Origin: Bdellovibrionales bacterium
Lineage (GTDB): Bacteria; Bdellovibrionota; Bdellovibrionia; Bdellovibrionales; JAMPXM01
Length of the DNA: 31,166 nt
Assembly (NCBI GenBank): GCA_043739185.1
Contig: JAYUEN010000465.1
Location: forward strand, 1 to 31,166
Reading direction: 5' to 3'
The position numbers and the translations under genes were made by a program. The notes under the pieces are model-generated. The model searched no databases, was not told the origin of the DNA, and saw only the letters and a list, made by a program, of their open reading frames with translations. Below, one piece after another: positions 27,034 through 31,166 of the stretch. The first letter of the stretch is position 1. The number at the start of each line of letters is the position of its first letter.

Positions 27034-27498
27034 ATGCTCAAAACCTACTTCAGCTATATTCAAAATGTTCTTGGTTCGAAGTCTTTTATGCTTCCAGAAG
27101 ACCTCAAAATTGCGGTCGAGCCGGCCACATTTCATTTTGCAGCTCCGAGCTTGAGTCTTGAAGCGAGAGAAGTCTTAGAAAATATTGCAAAAGCATTGAA
27201 GCTTAAGAAATATGACATTATTGAGCTCAAAATTGATGGATTAGAAATTCACCCAGTTCAAGAGCCTATGGTTGGGGCGAAGATCGAATCTCAAAAGCAG
27301 AAATCAAATCAGACCTTGATAATTTTCGGTGAAAAGGCCGTGCAGTTCCTGCTGCCCCACACGACTTTAGAAATTGGTAAACCGCTTATGATCGAAGGCA
27401 GCCAAACGCTTTGGACTCATTCTGTCGACGAAATGTTAAAAAGACCTGAATTGAAGCGAGAGACTTGGCAACATCTCAAATCTTTTACGCAAGCATAA
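27034..27498 (+). CDS. Hypothetical protein with degenerate uracil-DNA-glycosylase-like / Pol III psi-like fold
   Basis: VLENIAKALKL, IIFGEKAVQFLL and THSVDEMLKRPELKRETWQHL echo family-4 UDG and HolD C-termini; no Cys and no GE(A/G)PG catalytic motif. Confidence 0.55.
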   Translation: MLKTYFSYIQNVLGSKSFMLPEDLKIAVEPATFHFAAPSLSLEAREVLENIAKALKLKKYDIIELKIDGLEIHPVQEPMVGAKIESQKQKSNQTLIIFGEKAVQFLLPHTTLEIGKPLMIEGSQTLWTHSVDEMLKRPELKRETWQHLKSFTQA

Positions 27499-27618
27499 AT
27501 CGGTCGGATGAGCCTATTTTTGGCAAGCGAATTGTAAGAAATCTGCTTTCGCATTTTGCCAGTGAAAATTTGAATTTTTGAAGCTAATCTGCTGGCTCCA
27601 GGTGGAGCATCAATACAA

Positions 27619-28641
27619 ATGAAATTTGATTTTTTGATATTGTTTGGAATAAATTTAATCCTGAGCACACTTCTTGGTTGTACCAGTAGTGGGGTTTCTC
27701 CAATTATTGAAACCAAGCCAAGCTTTGATGCAAATCAACAGACGGCTTCCGTTAAAACCTCAGTAGCTTCAGAAAAAATCGCAGCTCTCGAGGGCGAATT
27801 TGCCACTGAATTGACAAAGCTAAATTTAAATTTAGCGCAGGCCGAAAAGCTTTCGTTCAAGGAGTCGGCCAAGGGTCAGGAAATTTCTCTCAGTGACTGT
27901 CTCTTAGTTGCTCAAAATATTATAAAAAATTATCCCTTACAAGCTCAGTTCAAATCACCAGGCAGTCTGAGCGGAATTGAAAAGTTTTGTCCGGAATCAA
28001 CTGGTAAATCACAGGTTAAAGTTTATTTAAATAATACTAAGTTCTTAGTTGATCAAAGCCTTGAGGCTTCTCTCATTTTAACAATTCAAACATATAGTGA
28101 TGAATGGGCTCAACCTAAGCTTGAACAGTATCTGCTCAATTTACAAGACGAGATCATCGGGTTTTATTCACATTATCCTTTGGTAGAAGATGGATCTGAG
28201 TTCCTGCAAACTTTCTCAAAATTGACTCCTACAGGAGATCTAATTTCAAAATCCATCAAACAATCAAAGGATATGAAAGCGCCACTTCTTTGGAAAGCTT
28301 CGGTTTCTTATTCCTCTTTTGATGGTAAAATTAAATACGCTATTAAAGTTTTGCAAAATGACCAGATCGGAAATGAACTTAGGATTACAAATATCAGATT
28401 GCCTTATCAGACAGAATGGCAAAAGTATGAATTTAAATTGGATTTTCCGCTAGATGGTATTTATGATTCCGGCGGTGAGGTTCTTTCGGAATTGAAATCG
28501 GAAGTCTCCCTGCAGTATCTGCAACAGGATGATGTTGAATGTGGTGTTGGCTCAATTAGTAAATCCGGCGCGCAGATTCGCGAGTTCGGAAATCAAATTT
28601 GTAAAGATAAGCTCGAATCCTATACGACGCTATTCAAGTAA
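27619..28641 (+). CDS. Hypothetical lipoprotein
   Basis: Lipobox LLG-C after a hydrophobic N-terminus; GGAG upstream; 340 aa with no recognised domain. Confidence 0.75.
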   Translation: MKFDFLILFGINLILSTLLGCTSSGVSPIIETKPSFDANQQTASVKTSVASEKIAALEGEFATELTKLNLNLAQAEKLSFKESAKGQEISLSDCLLVAQNIIKNYPLQAQFKSPGSLSGIEKFCPESTGKSQVKVYLNNTKFLVDQSLEASLILTIQTYSDEWAQPKLEQYLLNLQDEIIGFYSHYPLVEDGSEFLQTFSKLTPTGDLISKSIKQSKDMKAPLLWKASVSYSSFDGKIKYAIKVLQNDQIGNELRITNIRLPYQTEWQKYEFKLDFPLDGIYDSGGEVLSELKSEVSLQYLQQDDVECGVGSISKSGAQIREFGNQICKDKLESYTTLFK

Positions 28642-28777
28642 TAAGATTTCGACCAGCCCTTGGTCGCATACCTCCCTATGGCTAGGTTGAGTGAGCTTAA
28701 GCTAGTTCAATTGCTTCTGCTGATCCAAAATGTGAAAATATAAAGAAGACTCAAAAGACGCCTCAAAAGACACAAGG

Positions 28778-29950
28778 ATGCGATTGAATAGCTTCTTCAA
28801 ATTCATTTTATTTTCAATTCTATTTTTTGGCGTCGAAGTGAGACTTTGGGCGGTAGAAGTTCGGGTTCGAATATTGAATGAACAAAACTCAATTACCATG
28901 GATGCTGAAAACTTCAGAATTATTGCGAGTTCTCATCGCTGCCAGAATTCTTTAGTCAAAGTAAAGGCACTGAAGTCTCAGATGATCATTCGTTATAAGC
29001 CAAGTCAAAATAGTTGGAGCCTTTTGAATCTCGCCTCCCACCAGATTTGCGAGATCAACTCAAGAAATCTTAAGTTTGACGCCCAAAGAATGTTTATCAA
29101 TCGGAAGCAGCTTCCGGGAAAAATTTTATTACTTTCGCATAAACTCAATTTTGATGTGATCGCAGTTTTAGATCTTGAAAAATATTTAGTTGGAGTTCTG
29201 GCAAAGGAGATGCCGGCGGGTTTTCCTTTAGAGGCCTTTAAGGCTCAAGCCATTGCCTCACGCAGCTATGCGATGAAGAAAATTATGAAATCACAGGAGC
29301 GAGAATTTGATTTAGAAAGTGGTGTTGCCGATCAGATGTTTGAATATACCAGTGGGACGGCTAAAATTCAAACCGCAGTTGAAGAAACCAAGAGCCTGGT
29401 GCTTGAAAATCAAAAGGGCCACCTATTTTCAGTATACTATCATGCTGATTGTGGTGGACGTACAGAAGAGCCCTCTGAAGTATGGGGGAGCAATGAAAAA
29501 ATTGGGAGTGTGGTTGATGATTCCTGTCCCCTTGAAAGTCACTCATCTTGGAATTTTGCAATTTCGAAATTTGAATTGTCGGCACGGCTGAGAGTTATTT
29601 TGCAGTTGGGTGATGCACAAATTCTTTCAATTGAAGACTTTGAAAATACAAGTTCGGGCCGAAAAAAATCTCTTAAGTTTGTACTCGATGATCATAGCAC
29701 TCGCATCATATCTGGGCAGCAGTTACGAAACATACTTGGATTTGAAAAACTCAAAAGTACTTTGTTTGCTTTCAATCAACATGGTGCAGACTTTGTTTTT
29801 GAAGGCAAAGGACATGGTCATGGCGTTGGGATGTGTCAGTGGGGAGCTCGGCATTTGGCATTGAGTGGTGAAGCCTATCCGAATATTTTGAAGCATTATT
29901 TTCCGCGGGCAAATTTGGCGCGACTACAACAAAATACAAAATTAGATTGA
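28778..29950 (+). CDS. SpoIID/LytB-domain peptidoglycan lytic transglycosylase
   Basis: Signal peptide; LEKYLVGVLAKEMP..FPLEAFKAQAIASRSYA, YHADCGGRTE, LKST, G.GHGHGVGMCQWGA, ILKHYFP. Confidence 0.92.
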   Translation: MRLNSFFKFILFSILFFGVEVRLWAVEVRVRILNEQNSITMDAENFRIIASSHRCQNSLVKVKALKSQMIIRYKPSQNSWSLLNLASHQICEINSRNLKFDAQRMFINRKQLPGKILLLSHKLNFDVIAVLDLEKYLVGVLAKEMPAGFPLEAFKAQAIASRSYAMKKIMKSQEREFDLESGVADQMFEYTSGTAKIQTAVEETKSLVLENQKGHLFSVYYHADCGGRTEEPSEVWGSNEKIGSVVDDSCPLESHSSWNFAISKFELSARLRVILQLGDAQILSIEDFENTSSGRKKSLKFVLDDHSTRIISGQQLRNILGFEKLKSTLFAFNQHGADFVFEGKGHGHGVGMCQWGARHLALSGEAYPNILKHYFPRANLARLQQNTKLD

Positions 29951-29986
29951 TCGAAATTGAAATTCAACTTTAGACGGGCCCTTAAA

Positions 29987-30502
29987 TCAGTTCGATATAA
30001 TTCTTAGAGAAGGTGTTTTTTGCTGTCCTCCCCAGCCGCCCGTATTAATTGTTAGACCCTTGCACTTAATAATATTGCCGCCAATCAAAGTTTCACTCTT
30101 GCCGCAGCCATCAAATATCTTAGAAAGTTTAATGACCGACATCTTTTTGTTTAGCTTTAGCTTTTTAAATACCAGGCAATTTGGCAAATCGCCAATTTCA
30201 GCTTCAATGGATATAATTTTAGATTGGTCATCAAGGCCAATACTGAATTCACCGACAATAAAAAAGTTTTTAGAGTTCTGAACGTTCTTTATAGGCATTC
30301 CTAGGTCCTCTAGTTCCTTTAAATTACGATCAAGTTCAATTGGGCCAAAGGCATGCCCCGGCAAGATTTGAATTGGGCATTTTAGATTTTTTAAGGATCC
30401 ATAAATCCCTGGGCGCGCCTGCGGGACGTCTTCATAGGACATAAGAGCCAGAGGCCAAAGGGATACAAATAGGGATAATGAGAAAATTAAACGCTTTTTC
30501 AT
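29987..30502 (-). CDS. Hypothetical secreted protein
   Basis: MKKR plus hydrophobic signal peptide; 171 aa with four Cys; no recognised family. Confidence 0.7.
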   Translation of the reverse strand: MKKRLIFSLSLFVSLWPLALMSYEDVPQARPGIYGSLKNLKCPIQILPGHAFGPIELDRNLKELEDLGMPIKNVQNSKNFFIVGEFSIGLDDQSKIISIEAEIGDLPNCLVFKKLKLNKKMSVIKLSKIFDGCGKSETLIGGNIIKCKGLTINTGGWGGQQKTPSLRIISN

Positions 30503-30564
30503 AAAATAAATTTACATCGTATCGGAAGCTTAGAAAACAAAAATTTCATTGATTTGTTTATCTC

Positions 30565-30595
30565 AAAAAAAAGCGACTGATGTTAAATCAGTCGC
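30565..30595 (-). terminator. Intrinsic terminator of the Gly-tail protein gene
   Basis: Perfect 9-bp stem gcgactgat/atcagtcgc, 5-nt loop, followed on the minus strand by T8. Confidence 0.85.
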
Positions 30596-30633
30596 AGCTT
30601 AGTCTATCCTAATTTTGAAAATTTCGTAATTTT

Positions 30634-31125
30634 CTAAGCGCCGCCGCCGTCGCCACCGCCACCGCCACCGCCGCCACCACCATCGCCGCCGCCGCCACCA
30701 CCGTCGCCACCGCCATCGCCGCCGCCACCAGGATTACAAGCTGCAGAAGGTGAATGAACTAAAACGTTTTTAACTTTATCCCAATAATTACATCTATAGA
30801 GATCAGGCGCTAAGTCTTGGCAAAACGCCGTGAACGATCTGATGTAGTTGGTTCTTCTACCATCCCAATATTGCAAGTCGATTCGCGCCGTGATTCCACC
30901 CTTTGCTCGACATGATGACGTGAGTTCTTGCTGCAAATTCGAATGAAAACTTGAGCAGGCTGCGGGCACATTCATAAAGGCATCATTTATATCTCGATAG
31001 ACCAAATCATAACTTGTCATATGTTGATTGCTAGAGTGTTGGATTATCACTCGGCAAAATTCACCTCGAGCAAATGCGCTAACTGATAAAAAAAGTAAAC
31101 AAAAGGTAGTTATTAATAGTTTCAT
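30634..31125 (-). CDS. Secreted Cys-containing protein with C-terminal poly-Gly/Asp tail
   Basis: Signal peptide (AFA-R), GGGGGA RBS-like sequence, six Cys in the mature part, 30-codon Gly/Asp tail, own terminator. Confidence 0.8.
   Translation of the reverse strand: MKLLITTFCLLFLSVSAFARGEFCRVIIQHSSNQHMTSYDLVYRDINDAFMNVPAACSSFHSNLQQELTSSCRAKGGITARIDLQYWDGRRTNYIRSFTAFCQDLAPDLYRCNYWDKVKNVLVHSPSAACNPGGGGDGGGDGGGGGGDGGGGGGGGGGDGGGA
30640..30729. repeat. Imperfect (GCC/ACC)n trinucleotide repeat encoding 26 Gly + 4 Asp
   Basis: Direct reading: 30 triplets of gcc/acc interrupted by gtc/atc; very GC-rich against the AT-rich background. Confidence 0.9.
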
Positions 31126-31166
31126 GGTTCCCCCGTATTCGTTGATTCTGCAAAACTAATATTGCA

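Noticed and set aside
26823..27161. 112-aa plus-strand ORF
   Set aside because: TTG start without RBS, overlaps the better-supported 27034 gene out of frame, and has no recognisable motif.
28650..28680. Two small hairpins (cgacca/tggtcg, cata/tatg) after the lipoprotein gene
   Set aside because: Short stems with no U-tract; not enough to call a terminator or RNA element.
30503..30550. Sigma28 (FliA)-like promoter for the 29987-30502 gene (TCCGATAC on the minus strand)
   Set aside because: Only a partial -10 match and no TAAA -35 at the expected spacing.
1..31166. CRISPR array, tRNA/rRNA, prophage, defence or retroelement genes
   Set aside because: No regularly spaced repeats, cloverleaf or rRNA-like segments, or such protein motifs were seen; intergenic gaps are all under about 250 bp.

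Overview
AT-rich bacterial chromosomal window. Gene content and style suggest a Bdellovibrionota-like predator; this is an inference, not a database result. The left end holds the 3' part of an ISL3-family IS with its right inverted repeat. An accessory envelope block follows: a vWA/MIDAS-like lipoprotein with a degenerate MIDAS motif, a TraB-like beta-barrel+OmpA protein with a long Lys-rich tail, a three-gene operon (small beta-barrel plus two PAP2 proteins, one catalytically degenerate), a two-gene ABC exporter whose halves carry eukaryotic ABCC/MRP signature motifs, a DOMON-like/namZ pair, a small charged secreted protein divergent from an OmpR/HK pair, and an HD-GYP protein. The centre is housekeeping: recG, carD, gltX, cysS, uvrB, uvrC. 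The right end has a small Zn-finger protein, a UDG-fold/psi-like protein, a lipoprotein, a SpoIID/LytB protein and two secreted hypotheticals, one with a poly-Gly tail. I saw no rRNA, tRNA or CRISPR array. The best leads are the split ABCC-like transporter, the barrel/PAP2/pseudo-PAP2 operon and the surface vWA/TraB-like genes. All calls rest on motif recognition by eye.
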